Shown: positions 28,177 through 38,115 of the stretch, in pieces
How the letters are laid out: each line of letters starts with the position of its first letter
Position numbering within the stretch: position 1 is the stretch's first letter
Assembly: GCA_965228855.1 (NCBI GenBank)
Contig: CBDDIJ010000003.1
Span: forward strand, 448,001-512,000
DNA: 64,000 nucleotides
Reading direction: 5' to 3'
Origin: Candidatus Obscuribacterales bacterium
Lineage (GTDB): Bacteria; Cyanobacteriota; Vampirovibrionia; Obscuribacterales; Obscuribacteraceae
Position numbers and translations under genes: made by a program
The notes under the pieces: model-generated
Databases searched by the model: none
Told to the model about the DNA's origin: nothing
Seen by the model: the letters and a program-made list of their open reading frames with translations, nothing else

Positions 28177-29298
28177 ATGAGCAATCTTGTCGTTAGTGGT
28201 GGGCACGTTTTGACCCCCGTTGGCGAGCGTTTCGCCGACGTTGTTGTCCGAGGCGGGCGCATAGTCGCGTTCTCTGATGCCACTTCTGATAATCTCGCTG
28301 TCGGTGAGAAGAACTCCGACGCTTCGCGCGTGCTCGACGCCACGGGATGTTATGTGACGCCCGGTCTGGTCGATTTGCAGGTCAATGGCGACGCTCATTG
28401 CGATCTCTGGGGAACACCGACTGATGCTGACTTGAGTGCGATGCGTTCTGCACTTGTCAGCGCCGGTGTAACCTCATTCTTGCCGACACTTATAACCGGT
28501 GATATCAAGCACATGCGTGCAAATGTCGACATGCTGACTGCTCGCGGTGCCGGCGTTCACGACAAGTGGAGCCAGGATTCATCGGGGGCGAGGATGGTCG
28601 GCATTCACCTTGAAGGTCCATGTTTGTCTGAAAAACGGCCGGGCGTTCATCCGCCGGAGCACATCGTCGCTCCGTCGATTGAGGTTTTCTCCAGGTTGGT
28701 CAACGATAGCGTGCGGCTTGTCACGATGGCATGCGAGCGTGATTCGGACAGCACCTGCACGAAGTGGTTGGAAAAGCACAATGTTGTTGTGTCCATCGGT
28801 CACTCGAACGCCACGTACGCGGAGGCTCGGAGCGCTTTCGAGGGCGGAGTTCGCATGATGACGCACACCTTTAATGCCATGGCGCCGTTGCATCACCGAG
28901 AACCAGGTGCTGTTTCAGCTGCTTTGCTGGATCGGCGTGTTTCTTGTTGCCTGATCGCGGACGGATTGCACTTGTCGCCTCAAGCGGTCGAATTGATTTA
29001 CCGTTTGAAAGGAGCCGACAAAGTTATTCTGGTAACGGACATCGCTCATATCGGCACCACTGGTGGTGACCTCGTCGGTTCCTCCATAACCCTGGACGCT
29101 GCTATTCGAAATGCAGTCACTTGGGGTATTGCGGGCTTTCGCGAAGCGATCTTGATGGGCAGTTATAACGCGGCCCGCTCAATCGGTTTAGAAAATGAAA
29201 TAGGAAATATTTGTCAGGGAGCGCTTGCCGACCTTATCCTCTGGGATAAGGAAACCCTTGCCATTAAGCAGGTTGTGCTCGGAGGGAATGTGCTTTAG
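28177..29298 (+). CDS. nagA: N-acetylglucosamine-6-phosphate deacetylase
   Basis: PGLVDLQVNG, GVTSFLPTLIT, GIHLEGP, GHSNA, THTFNAM, IADGLH, LVTD. Confidence 0.9.
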   Translation: MSNLVVSGGHVLTPVGERFADVVVRGGRIVAFSDATSDNLAVGEKNSDASRVLDATGCYVTPGLVDLQVNGDAHCDLWGTPTDADLSAMRSALVSAGVTSFLPTLITGDIKHMRANVDMLTARGAGVHDKWSQDSSGARMVGIHLEGPCLSEKRPGVHPPEHIVAPSIEVFSRLVNDSVRLVTMACERDSDSTCTKWLEKHNVVVSIGHSNATYAEARSAFEGGVRMMTHTFNAMAPLHHREPGAVSAALLDRRVSCCLIADGLHLSPQAVELIYRLKGADKVILVTDIAHIGTTGGDLVGSSITLDAAIRNAVTWGIAGFREAILMGSYNAARSIGLENEIGNICQGALADLILWDKETLAIKQVVLGGNVL

Positions 29299-30644
29299 CG
29301 ACCTTTGCCTCGCTTAAACAGTGACGAGATACCTGCGACGGCCGCACCTACGACGATACCACCAAGCACCTTCGATGTGGTCGACTTGAGAACAGCTCGA
29401 TCGCGAGGACGCCTCGCCGTTTTCGAGCTCCGGTCATCATCAGTTTCATCAGTTTCAGCAACGCTTGCAGTTTCAGTTTCAACGACCTGAGCCGCCTGTT
29501 TCTCTTCAATCTGAGCCGCCAGAGGATGGCTTTTGATCGCCTGTTTGATCGCTTCATCGCTGGCAACTCCGAGCAGTTTCAATAACTTGCTCGAAGCCAC
29601 GGGGTCGTTGAGAATGCGGTCCAAAGCGGCTTGAACTTCTTGATGGTTGGTGGCACCCGAACTTTTAAGGATGTCCAGCAGTCTTGGTGTGCCATCACTC
29701 GCAGCGTTGTTATTCAAATTGACAGTTTCAACTTGTCGACGAGGTGCGTTCTCCGTATGTTGCGGCGTGACTGGCGCGGCATCGGGTGGGCGAGAGACTC
29801 CCTCGCCTGCGCTGATAGTCGGCTGGGTGTAAAGTGGTGGCGCAAAACTTGGCGGTGCAAAAGCCCCTGACTGCTGCGGCAAACTACTGGTCTCGCTGTG
29901 CTGGCGGCTGTACATTCCAGAATCCTGGCTATGCGGGTTGGGCTGCGATTGCTGAAAGAATTCCTCTTCAACCTCCTGACCATAAATCTCGTCGGCGTCC
30001 TCCATCTCTGCGGCTCTGGCAAGAGACTCCTCTGCCTTAATCCAGTGGAGAAATGTAGAACGCAACTCGCTTATGCCTTCCTCGCGGCCGACACGACCCT
30101 CACGGATGTTACGCTGAATGCGCAAGATGCTTGGAAATAGTGAGGGTGAGAGCACTCCCTCGAGTACCAGAGCGCTGCCCAGCGGCATGCCTGATGAATA
30201 GCTCGTCATGAGTGCCTGATCGATTTGCTCTTGCGTGACTATGTCTGAATCAAGCAGTAATTCGGCCAACCGTTTTGAAGTCTGCTGAGTGTCTTCGCTG
30301 GAAGCGCCGATGTCCAGGAAGGTTCGCAGTGCGCGTCCGTCCTCGGCCGATTTGCGAAGCGCATCCACTGCGGCGCCTCGTGCGACCGTGCCCTCCCTTA
30401 TGAGCGCTTGTGCTTCAAGAGAAGCCTCCAGTACGTTGTCGGTTACACAGCGAGAAACCAAAAGCGCCTGTCCAATCGGCACTCCGAGGCGCCTGGACAC
30501 CTGAATCGCCTCGGTTAAATCGCCGGAAGTAATCACTCCAGCGTCGATTAGAAGCTCACCAAGCTTGATTTTATTGGCGGAAGAAGGCACGTTCGATTGG
30601 TCCTCGCTGCGACATGACAGGATGCTTACTGAAACCCTACCCAT
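29295..30644 (-). CDS. Protein with MshEN/GSPII_N-like repeats and no ATPase domain
   Basis: KLGELLIDAGVITSGDLTEAI, RLAELLLDSDIVTQEQIDQAL, PLGSALVLEG; hydrophobic C-terminal segment; start may be GTG 30590. Confidence 0.7.
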   Translation of the reverse strand: MGRVSVSILSCRSEDQSNVPSSANKIKLGELLIDAGVITSGDLTEAIQVSRRLGVPIGQALLVSRCVTDNVLEASLEAQALIREGTVARGAAVDALRKSAEDGRALRTFLDIGASSEDTQQTSKRLAELLLDSDIVTQEQIDQALMTSYSSGMPLGSALVLEGVLSPSLFPSILRIQRNIREGRVGREEGISELRSTFLHWIKAEESLARAAEMEDADEIYGQEVEEEFFQQSQPNPHSQDSGMYSRQHSETSSLPQQSGAFAPPSFAPPLYTQPTISAGEGVSRPPDAAPVTPQHTENAPRRQVETVNLNNNAASDGTPRLLDILKSSGATNHQEVQAALDRILNDPVASSKLLKLLGVASDEAIKQAIKSHPLAAQIEEKQAAQVVETETASVAETDETDDDRSSKTARRPRDRAVLKSTTSKVLGGIVVGAAVAGISSLFKRGKGR

Positions 30645-30815
30645 GCTGGAGTTTCGTCAATCAGATCGACAAATTAAATGCTACTGTCGTTCCACTCCTG
30701 GGCAAAGAACTGTTATAGCCGTTTGGTGTCAGACTTTCCTTTCTAACAGTTTTCTTCAAGGCGGCTATAATTGCACTGCAAAGGGTCCAATACTTGCGTA
30801 TTTCGGCGGTTGGTT

Positions 30816-31838
30816 ATGAAAAAAGATTTTTCGATGGTTGTGAAACCTGTTGGAGTTGCCCTGGCGCTCAGCATCAGCTGTTGTGGTGTCTCGCTGGCAC
30901 AGGGGATGTCTGAGTACGCGGGAGTTACTTCTATTCCGAAGCCCATGCCGAAAACCAGTGGCATCGCAGGTGGTTTAAACAGTATCTATGGCGCGCCTGC
31001 CAAGCAAATGAACAATGCTGCACGAAGCGTTTCGACCGCAGGAAGAACCTCGTCCTCGGCTACTTCAGTTCGAACAGCTCAGGGCGCGCCAGCCAAGAAG
31101 GGCAAGCCGGCGATCATCATGTCTGGTGACTTACCCGGATCCGCAATCCAGGCACAGCGTGAAGCCGCGCTTGGAGTCAGCAAGGTCGCCAATGAGAGCT
31201 ACAAGGCGGGACTGGATGCGAAAAGCAAAGGGAAGCTCGATGAGGCCGAGAAGGACTTCCGCAAATCCGTAAATGCACGCATGCAGTACTGGTCTGAGCG
31301 AGACCACAAAATTCCCGATATCTTCGTCGAACTCGGCGAAATTAATGCCGCGCGTGGCAACGATCAAAAGGCGGTCGAGGATTTGCAACAGGCTCTTGCG
31401 TTTTACAGTAAATTTCACGGTCCGGGCTCTGATCACCGGTTGAAACCGCTGCTTCTGCTTTCTGAGAGTCAGTTCAAACTTGGCGAAAAAGCTAAGAGTT
31501 ACGAGTCGTATAAGCAAGCCTATCAGTTGGCAACGCGTGCGAAGTTGGATGCATACAATCCAGTTGTATTGCGCTTAAATACGGTAAAGAAAGCAATTGA
31601 AGTAAATAAATTCAGGGACGCATGCGAAATGTGCGAAATCGCCATGTCTAGTTCTGAAAAGCCTAAAATGAGTCAGGATCAGCTTCTGGCTCTTATGAAC
31701 GACTATGCGACTGCGCTCAGAGGTTTAAATCGTACTCGTGACGCCGAGGAAGTTTTAGCCGAGGCGGAGAAGATAAAAGGCTCAGGACCGGCGTCGACAC
31801 CGCAGCCGCCGTCCGGATCCGAGACGACGGCAAAGTAA
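30816..31838 (+). CDS. Exported TPR protein
   Basis: Signal peptide; TPR motifs GKLDEAEKDFRKS, ELGEINAARGNDQKAVEDLQQAL..FHGPGS. Confidence 0.75.
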   Translation: MKKDFSMVVKPVGVALALSISCCGVSLAQGMSEYAGVTSIPKPMPKTSGIAGGLNSIYGAPAKQMNNAARSVSTAGRTSSSATSVRTAQGAPAKKGKPAIIMSGDLPGSAIQAQREAALGVSKVANESYKAGLDAKSKGKLDEAEKDFRKSVNARMQYWSERDHKIPDIFVELGEINAARGNDQKAVEDLQQALAFYSKFHGPGSDHRLKPLLLLSESQFKLGEKAKSYESYKQAYQLATRAKLDAYNPVVLRLNTVKKAIEVNKFRDACEMCEIAMSSSEKPKMSQDQLLALMNDYATALRGLNRTRDAEEVLAEAEKIKGSGPASTPQPPSGSETTAK

Positions 31839-31994
31839 TCTTCAGTTTCAAAATTTCGGTGATCACGTCAACGTCCGATGGCTATATATCGGGCGCTAGA
31901 TGGGCTTGACGAGCCACTGTTGTATTCAACAGTTACTTCGACGTGCCTCAAAATTACGATCTGGGAGTCGCCCCTAACCTGAGGTCCGTTGAAT

Positions 31995-33683
31995 ATGGAC
32001 AATTCTTCTTCCGATTTTTCTCCGACAATATTCGGTCCGGTAACTTTTAAAGACTGCGATTCGGAAATGAAGCGCCAGGGGTTGGAACGTCTTCTCACCG
32101 CAGTTTATAAACGTGAAGTTGGAATCAATCTGTTGCTCGTGGAAAACGGCGCATCACAGACGGTGCTCGATAGCTTGAAGCATCGAAACATTGCAAACGT
32201 CGCCGATTCGATCATTGGTGACATTAAAGCAATGATTGGAGAAGCGGACGGGACTGAGCGACGCTGTCAGATTATGGAGCGCTACTATGGTCTCGATGGC
32301 ATGAGACCGACGCGCCTTTCTGCTCTAGCAACTCGATTCAATATTTCCAGAGAACGGGTTCGACAGATTAAAGAGCGTTCCTTAATCTCTCTGCGCTATC
32401 GGAAACGAGAAATAGAGCGCCTGATTGTGGAGCACTCCTCGCGATTGCTATCACGCCGCGCGGTTGGACTGCAAAGTACCGAATCGCTGGTCGGTGAATT
32501 GGAACCTCGAAATCTATGCAGTCATGAGGCGCTCCTGATGATGCACGAGAGCACGGCACCCTGGACAATCGAACAATCTGCAATTTTAAACGCTGTCGAC
32601 TCGTACAACCGAGCGCGCATTGTTGGTTGCGCCGGTAGTGGCAAAACAATTCTTGCATTGACGCTGGCTCGACGCTATGCCTGCGCCGGTGAGAGAACCG
32701 TACTGACCTGTTTCAGTCGCGCACTGGCTGATTGGTTGAGTTCGCTGCTACAAGGGCAGGAAAACTTGGAAATAATGTCTTTTCATTCTCTGTGTTTTCG
32801 CGTTGCTAAACAAGCCGGAATCAAAGTTCCGGGAGGGTGGAACAATCGTGTTTGGCTCGAAAAGTTTCCGGACACACTCTCCAAGGCAATCAAAGCAAAC
32901 CCATCCTTGAAGTTTGACAATATCATTGTCGATGATGGTCAGGACTTTCGCGATAACTGGTGGCTTGCTCTGCAAAGCGCGATCAAACCGCGCGGTAGGC
33001 TATTATATTTTGTCGATGATAATAAGCTCTGCAACCCGATGCAGAATGAATTTCCCGACATCGATTTCGATTCTCATCTCTCGATAAACCTCAGAAGCCC
33101 GGCGATAATCTCGCAGCTGCTCCGTGTTTGCCACGCCTCCGAGCGACCCATGCGCTATGCTCGCAGTTTAAATGCACCGCTTGAATTTTACCGCTGTGAC
33201 ACAGACGACGAAGTTAAGTCTACTTTGAGTCATGTGTTCGTGGAGCTTGTGGAGAAAGGTCGCTATCAGGGATGTGATGTGGCAGTTCTGACCCCCCGAA
33301 TCGCTCGCTTCTCATCAGTGGCGAACCATAAGCTGCGGTGCGGAGCCAGGCTGGTTCGCAGTCATTCGGACATGCCTGCTAACACTTTGTTGTCTCGCTC
33401 TCATGCTTTCAAAGGCTTCGAACGCAAATGCATAGTTTTAGTCGACCTGGACAAGAAATTTGCAGTGATGAACGATGATGAAATTCGGATTTTTGTGTAT
33501 GAGACCTTCTCGCGGTTTACCGAGCGATTGATCATTCTTGGCGATGTCGAGGTCTGGAATCGTATAGTCTCTTTGAGCCCTCCAAATTCTGCTCGACATT
33601 ATGCCGAGGCGCGCGAGCGCTGGCTTGATAGAGCTGCCGACATCGTGCCTGCAGTCTGCGAGCCTGTTGCAGAATTTTCTTGA
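31995..33683 (+). CDS. Sigma70 region-4 HTH fused to a divergent SF1 (UvrD/DUF2075-like) helicase/ATPase
   Basis: RYYGLDG..LSALATRFNISRERVRQIKERSL; GCAGSGKT; IIVDDGQDF; NLRS; HAFKGFE; FSRF; GAGGT RBS before ATG 31995. Confidence 0.8.
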   Translation: MDNSSSDFSPTIFGPVTFKDCDSEMKRQGLERLLTAVYKREVGINLLLVENGASQTVLDSLKHRNIANVADSIIGDIKAMIGEADGTERRCQIMERYYGLDGMRPTRLSALATRFNISRERVRQIKERSLISLRYRKREIERLIVEHSSRLLSRRAVGLQSTESLVGELEPRNLCSHEALLMMHESTAPWTIEQSAILNAVDSYNRARIVGCAGSGKTILALTLARRYACAGERTVLTCFSRALADWLSSLLQGQENLEIMSFHSLCFRVAKQAGIKVPGGWNNRVWLEKFPDTLSKAIKANPSLKFDNIIVDDGQDFRDNWWLALQSAIKPRGRLLYFVDDNKLCNPMQNEFPDIDFDSHLSINLRSPAIISQLLRVCHASERPMRYARSLNAPLEFYRCDTDDEVKSTLSHVFVELVEKGRYQGCDVAVLTPRIARFSSVANHKLRCGARLVRSHSDMPANTLLSRSHAFKGFERKCIVLVDLDKKFAVMNDDEIRIFVYETFSRFTERLIILGDVEVWNRIVSLSPPNSARHYAEARERWLDRAADIVPAVCEPVAEFS

Positions 33684-33791
33684 CGGACATCATATTTAGT
33701 GGCATGCTGATGTAGCGAAAGTGCCACCATCCCCGGTTCCCTTTTGTCGGTCATTGTCGATTACTTGATGTAGAAAGCGGTAGACGTAAGC

Positions 33792-33884
33792 ATGGAATCT
33801 ATCACGGTTTTTACTGCGTTATTTTTGGTCGTGCTTGCACTGTGTGCCGGCTACAGCATCATTCGCGAACTGCTTGGACTTTAG
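33792..33884 (+). CDS. 30-aa single-TM small protein MESITVFTALFLVVLALCAGYSIIRELLGL
   Basis: ATG..TAG ORF read by hand in the intergenic gap; strongly hydrophobic core; below the ORF track cutoff; RBS weak. Confidence 0.5.
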   Translation: MESITVFTALFLVVLALCAGYSIIRELLGL

Positions 33885-33899
33885 CGCTGCAAACTTTCG

Positions 33900-34724
33900 C
33901 TAGATGTTTTTGTACGCAAGTATCTCTTGCGCTTTGGTTCGATCACCGGTGCAATTGATCATGCGCGGCGCATCGAGAATATCGATTTTGAAGTTGTAAC
34001 TCTTGTACAGTTCGACAATTCGATCGGTGGCTTGATTAGATACGACTACCGGACCTCTGTGTGCAGCGAGCCAGCGAGCCAGTCTCAATTGATCGTTCCA
34101 ATCGAATCCTTCTTGCGAATACTGGGTGAATTCGACATCGTAGGGCGGATCGGCATATACGAAGTCTTTTGATGTGACATCGAGAAGCTCAAAATCGCCA
34201 AGTGCGAAATGCCAGTCTTGAAATATGTATCTGTAATCTCTGAAGTCGCGTTTGTAATTGATGTTTTTATACTTCCCGAAGGGAACGTTGAAGAAGCCCT
34301 TTTTGTTAAAACGGCAAAGACCGTTGAAACCGGTTCTATTCAAATAGTAAAAGAGCTCTGCAGCCATGCGGGAGTCTGCTCGCCCCTCTTCGATGAGACG
34401 GTTGAAGCTCTCGCGATGTCTGTAATAGGTAATTTCGTCGTTGCTCATTTCGAGCCCGATAATCATTCCACGCTTAAGCCAGGTATAGAAGTTGATGGCG
34501 TGAGGGTTGATGTCGTTGACCATCGCTTTGTCAGGCAATAAACCTAGCGTTACTGCAAGGCCACCGCAGAAAGGTTCTACCAATCTCTGGCGGCGGAACG
34601 AGTCGTACATTGGTTTCACATGCGATACCAGCCAGCGTTTACCGCCGGCCCACTTTAGAGGTGGTCTGATACCACGCTCGTTGGGGAGATATATCTCCGA
34701 GTGGCGAGGAACCGATTCGACCAA
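33900..34724 (-). CDS. dam: Dam-family (D12 class) DNA adenine methyltransferase, orphan
   Basis: PPLKWAGGK, EPFCGG, NDIN, YLNRTGFNGLCRFN, FNVPFG, YADPPY. Confidence 0.9.
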   Translation of the reverse strand: MVESVPRHSEIYLPNERGIRPPLKWAGGKRWLVSHVKPMYDSFRRQRLVEPFCGGLAVTLGLLPDKAMVNDINPHAINFYTWLKRGMIIGLEMSNDEITYYRHRESFNRLIEEGRADSRMAAELFYYLNRTGFNGLCRFNKKGFFNVPFGKYKNINYKRDFRDYRYIFQDWHFALGDFELLDVTSKDFVYADPPYDVEFTQYSQEGFDWNDQLRLARWLAAHRGPVVVSNQATDRIVELYKSYNFKIDILDAPRMINCTGDRTKAQEILAYKNI

Positions 34725-34993
34725 GTTGTTCCGATCCTTCCTGTGCGATCAAACCCGGGTGCGACAATCCGAGCTGTCGCACTATCATAATGCATCTATT
34801 ATATTCGTTTTATTTATCAGTGATATTTGATAGTAATATATTCGATAAGTATTTGGTCGAATTTTGTTAATCGCGAGACTGGTAGCGCGATTGCGAGTGT
34901 CGATGCTTCTGTGGGTTGAGCCCCGGAATCATCATTAAGCCGCATTATCAGGCTCCGAAGTTCGACGGCTGTTAGTAGAGCGCTGGAGTTACC

Positions 34994-37372
34994 TTAGCGT
35001 TCCGACCAGCTCGATACGATGTTTTCCAACAGCTTTTGCTGGCAATCGAGCGGTGTTGAATCTGGTGGCACGGGCAGCCGGACGTAGCTGCCGTCCGGTT
35101 GCATAAATCTGGCGCGCAATGAATCAGTCAGATAACAATCGAGAAGTTGTTCGCGAATGTAGCGATTCAAGCCCGGATCTTCTATCGGGAACAGCACTTC
35201 TACGCGGCGGTCCAGGTTGCGCGGCATCGTATCGGCGCTGCCTATGTAGATCTCCTCATTGCCTGAGTTGTGAAAGAAAAAGATGCGGCTGTGTTCAAGG
35301 AAGCGTCCGACGATGCTGACCACGCGAATGTTCTCGCTGATGCCTTGAATTCCGGGACGCAGGCAGCAGACTCCTCGGATAATCAGATCAACTTTTACAC
35401 CAGCCTGCGATGCTTCATACAGTAGCTGAATGATGCGTTCGTCAATGAGTGCGTTTGCTTTGAAAATTATGTGTCCGATCTTGCCATTCTTCTGGTGTTC
35501 GATTTCTCGGCGAATCAAACCTTCCAACCGTTCTCTCAAATTGATTGGTGCAACCAGCAATTTGCGATAGTCGGTTTTTGCTGAATAACCGGTCAAAAAA
35601 TTGAATAAATCGCTGACGTCCGAGCCGATATTCTCGTCCGTGGTGAGCAACCCGAGATCCGTATAGGCGTGCGCCGTCACCGAGTTGTAGTTACCTGTAC
35701 TCAGGTGTATGTAGCGTTTTATAGAATCGCCCGACTTTCTGACAATGAGCAAAACTTTGGCGTGAATCTTGAGACCGATAAGTCCATAGACCACGTGAAC
35801 ACCTGCACTTTCCAATGCTCTCGCCCATTCGATGTTGCTTTCTTCGTCAAATCTGGCTTTCAGTTCTACAACGACGGCAACCTGTTTTCCTTTTTCCATC
35901 GCTCGCAAAAGCGCCTGTACAACAGGAGAGTTGCGCCCGACACGATACAGTGTCATCTTGATTGCCAGCACATTCGGATCGTCCGCGGCTCTGTTGAGCA
36001 GGTTGACGATTGGTTGGAACGAATCATAGGGATGGTTGAGCAGAATGTCCCGGCGCGAAATCGCTGTAAACTCGTCCTCGTCGTGAGAGTCCTGGTTTAA
36101 AACTTTTGCTACATGCGGCACGAATTGCGGATATTTCAATTCTGGCCGATCGAGTGAGCCGATGTGTTTTAAGCTCGAGAGTGGAAAGTGACCTTCCACG
36201 AGGTAAACGTCACCGGGCTCGATTTGCAGGTTCGTCATCAAAATTTCAAGAACGTGCGCAGGCATAGCGCGATCGACCATCAGTCGAACCACGTCACCGA
36301 ACTTCCGCTGGCGAAGACCCTCTTCAGTGGTTTCAAGCAAGTCGCTCGCTTCCCATTCCTGAATTTCAACCTCCGCATCACGTGTGATGTGGAAAGGATG
36401 CGCCTCGATAATGGTCATGCCCGGAAAGAGCGCGTCGAGATTGGCTTGAATGACTTCGTCTATCCAGATGTATTGTTTGACCGGTCGACTTTGATTCGTC
36501 GAAGGTCTCGCCAGAGGAATCAGCTGCGTCAAGCTGTCCGGAATTTTCAACCTGGCGAAGCGGACGTCTTTGCTGGTTTTGCGCACAGAGACCGCGAAGT
36601 TCAAACTTAAATTCGAGATGTGCGGGAACGGATGCCCCGGATCAAATGCCATCGGCGTGAGCACGGGGAAGATTTTCTGCAGGAAGTACTGACGCATATC
36701 GTCGCGCTGTTCGCTGCTCAGCTCGTTATAATTGACGATCTTGATGCCACTTTCGTCGAGAGCCGGCATAAGTTTTTCTTGCAAACATTTTGTACTTTCA
36801 GCGATGAATCGATTGACCTCGGCTTCAACGGCCTCTAGCTGTTCCAGAGGGGTTAAGCCGTCCGGACCCGCTGTGAGACTGCCTGCTTCAACCTGTCTCT
36901 TCAACCCGGCAACGCGGACCATGAAAAATTCGTCCATGTTGGAGCCGCAAATCGATAGAAACTTGAAGCGCTCCAGTAGAGGATTTCGCTCGTCCTGGGC
37001 CTCCTCTAAGACGCGCCACTGAAATGCCAGAAGGCTGAGTTCTCTGTTGATATAAAGTCTTGGGTCGGCAAGTGACGACACATTCGAAATCGCAATCGGC
37101 TCGAATGTATGGGCTATCGAGGGATGCTTGTCGACGTCGGTAGGCTGTCCCTGTGCCGTATTTGCTTGAACTTGAGGCTGAGTTGGTTGGGCGGGCACCG
37201 CGGCCTGCTTCTGGTCCGGCTCTTGGTCCGGCTCAAAGTTGCTTTCTTGTGTCAGTTTGGAGTCGTGGACCATTCTATCCGCTTTTCCGTCGGGCATCGG
37301 CTCAGGTGCGTTCGACGAACCATTGATGTCAGTTTCGATTTCGATTGTCTGTTCTGTTCCCATTCTATCCAC
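34994..37372 (-). CDS. ppk1: Polyphosphate kinase 1 with acidic N-terminal extension
   Basis: YINRELSLLAFQWRVL, DEFFMVRVAGL, HPFPHISNLSLN, HPYDSF, KMTLYR, ELKARFDE, TGNYN, RFLEHSR, RNLDRRVE. Confidence 0.97.
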   Translation of the reverse strand: MDRMGTEQTIEIETDINGSSNAPEPMPDGKADRMVHDSKLTQESNFEPDQEPDQKQAAVPAQPTQPQVQANTAQGQPTDVDKHPSIAHTFEPIAISNVSSLADPRLYINRELSLLAFQWRVLEEAQDERNPLLERFKFLSICGSNMDEFFMVRVAGLKRQVEAGSLTAGPDGLTPLEQLEAVEAEVNRFIAESTKCLQEKLMPALDESGIKIVNYNELSSEQRDDMRQYFLQKIFPVLTPMAFDPGHPFPHISNLSLNFAVSVRKTSKDVRFARLKIPDSLTQLIPLARPSTNQSRPVKQYIWIDEVIQANLDALFPGMTIIEAHPFHITRDAEVEIQEWEASDLLETTEEGLRQRKFGDVVRLMVDRAMPAHVLEILMTNLQIEPGDVYLVEGHFPLSSLKHIGSLDRPELKYPQFVPHVAKVLNQDSHDEDEFTAISRRDILLNHPYDSFQPIVNLLNRAADDPNVLAIKMTLYRVGRNSPVVQALLRAMEKGKQVAVVVELKARFDEESNIEWARALESAGVHVVYGLIGLKIHAKVLLIVRKSGDSIKRYIHLSTGNYNSVTAHAYTDLGLLTTDENIGSDVSDLFNFLTGYSAKTDYRKLLVAPINLRERLEGLIRREIEHQKNGKIGHIIFKANALIDERIIQLLYEASQAGVKVDLIIRGVCCLRPGIQGISENIRVVSIVGRFLEHSRIFFFHNSGNEEIYIGSADTMPRNLDRRVEVLFPIEDPGLNRYIREQLLDCYLTDSLRARFMQPDGSYVRLPVPPDSTPLDCQQKLLENIVSSWSER

Positions 37373-37513
37373 TTTTGAGGTGAGCGGTCCGGCAAATAAT
37401 CTCTGGTGATGGCTTTGTCGAACTGTAGGTGATGGATCCGGGTTCCCTGGTTTAACGCTGACCGGCTTGACTAGCCGAATTACCTGCTATTGAGTTCGTT
37501 TATCGGTCGCAAA

Positions 37514-37969
37514 TTACTGACCGAGTGGGGCTTGATTGCCGCCATTAAGTCCGTTATTCATCATTTGCTGGACGCCCTGACGGAAGATGCCGCCCCACAT
37601 TCCACCTTTACCGGTATCACCTGTGGTGCCGGTGTTGTTATTGTTTTGCATTAATCCGCCTGTCGCCTGGTTCAACAACGTCGAGCCAATGCCTCCACCA
37701 CCAAGGCCTCCGCTGGATGTTCCAATCGGTGCCACGTTGAAGTTCAAAGAGCGAGGGTCCTGCGCCATCAAGCGTCCGGTGGAGTCTATTTCCACGTACA
37801 CGGCTTGACCGGTTCTCATGTTCGTGACCATGTATTGTCCGGCTGGCAAACTGCAATTGCCCATAGGGATAAGTCCGGCAGTCTGGCATATCGCCGGAGC
37901 GCAGAGGTAGAAAACAGCTGCCAATACTGCCAGGCAGAGGGATGAGAGCATCAGCTTACGGTTTTTCAT
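37514..37969 (-). CDS. Exported Gly/Asn-rich hypothetical protein
   Basis: AGGAG RBS, signal peptide, 151 aa. Confidence 0.65.
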   Translation of the reverse strand: MKNRKLMLSSLCLAVLAAVFYLCAPAICQTAGLIPMGNCSLPAGQYMVTNMRTGQAVYVEIDSTGRLMAQDPRSLNFNVAPIGTSSGGLGGGGIGSTLLNQATGGLMQNNNNTGTTGDTGKGGMWGGIFRQGVQQMMNNGLNGGNQAPLGQ

Positions 37970-38115
37970 CGTGCAAATTCTCCTGGAGGTCTCGGCGACC
38001 CCGCACTGAATTGAGCCAGACCATCATTTTATGGCAGAAGGCGCTTTCTGTCCGGTTGTTGTGAGAGGTTGTTAACTCGAATGTGAGATGTTTAAAGCGT
38101 GGGCTCACCGGGCGC

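Noticed and set aside
31995..34724. Restriction-modification or defence island (helicase plus methylase)
   Set aside because: The genes converge, no nuclease domain is visible, and there are no mobility genes or compositional boundaries
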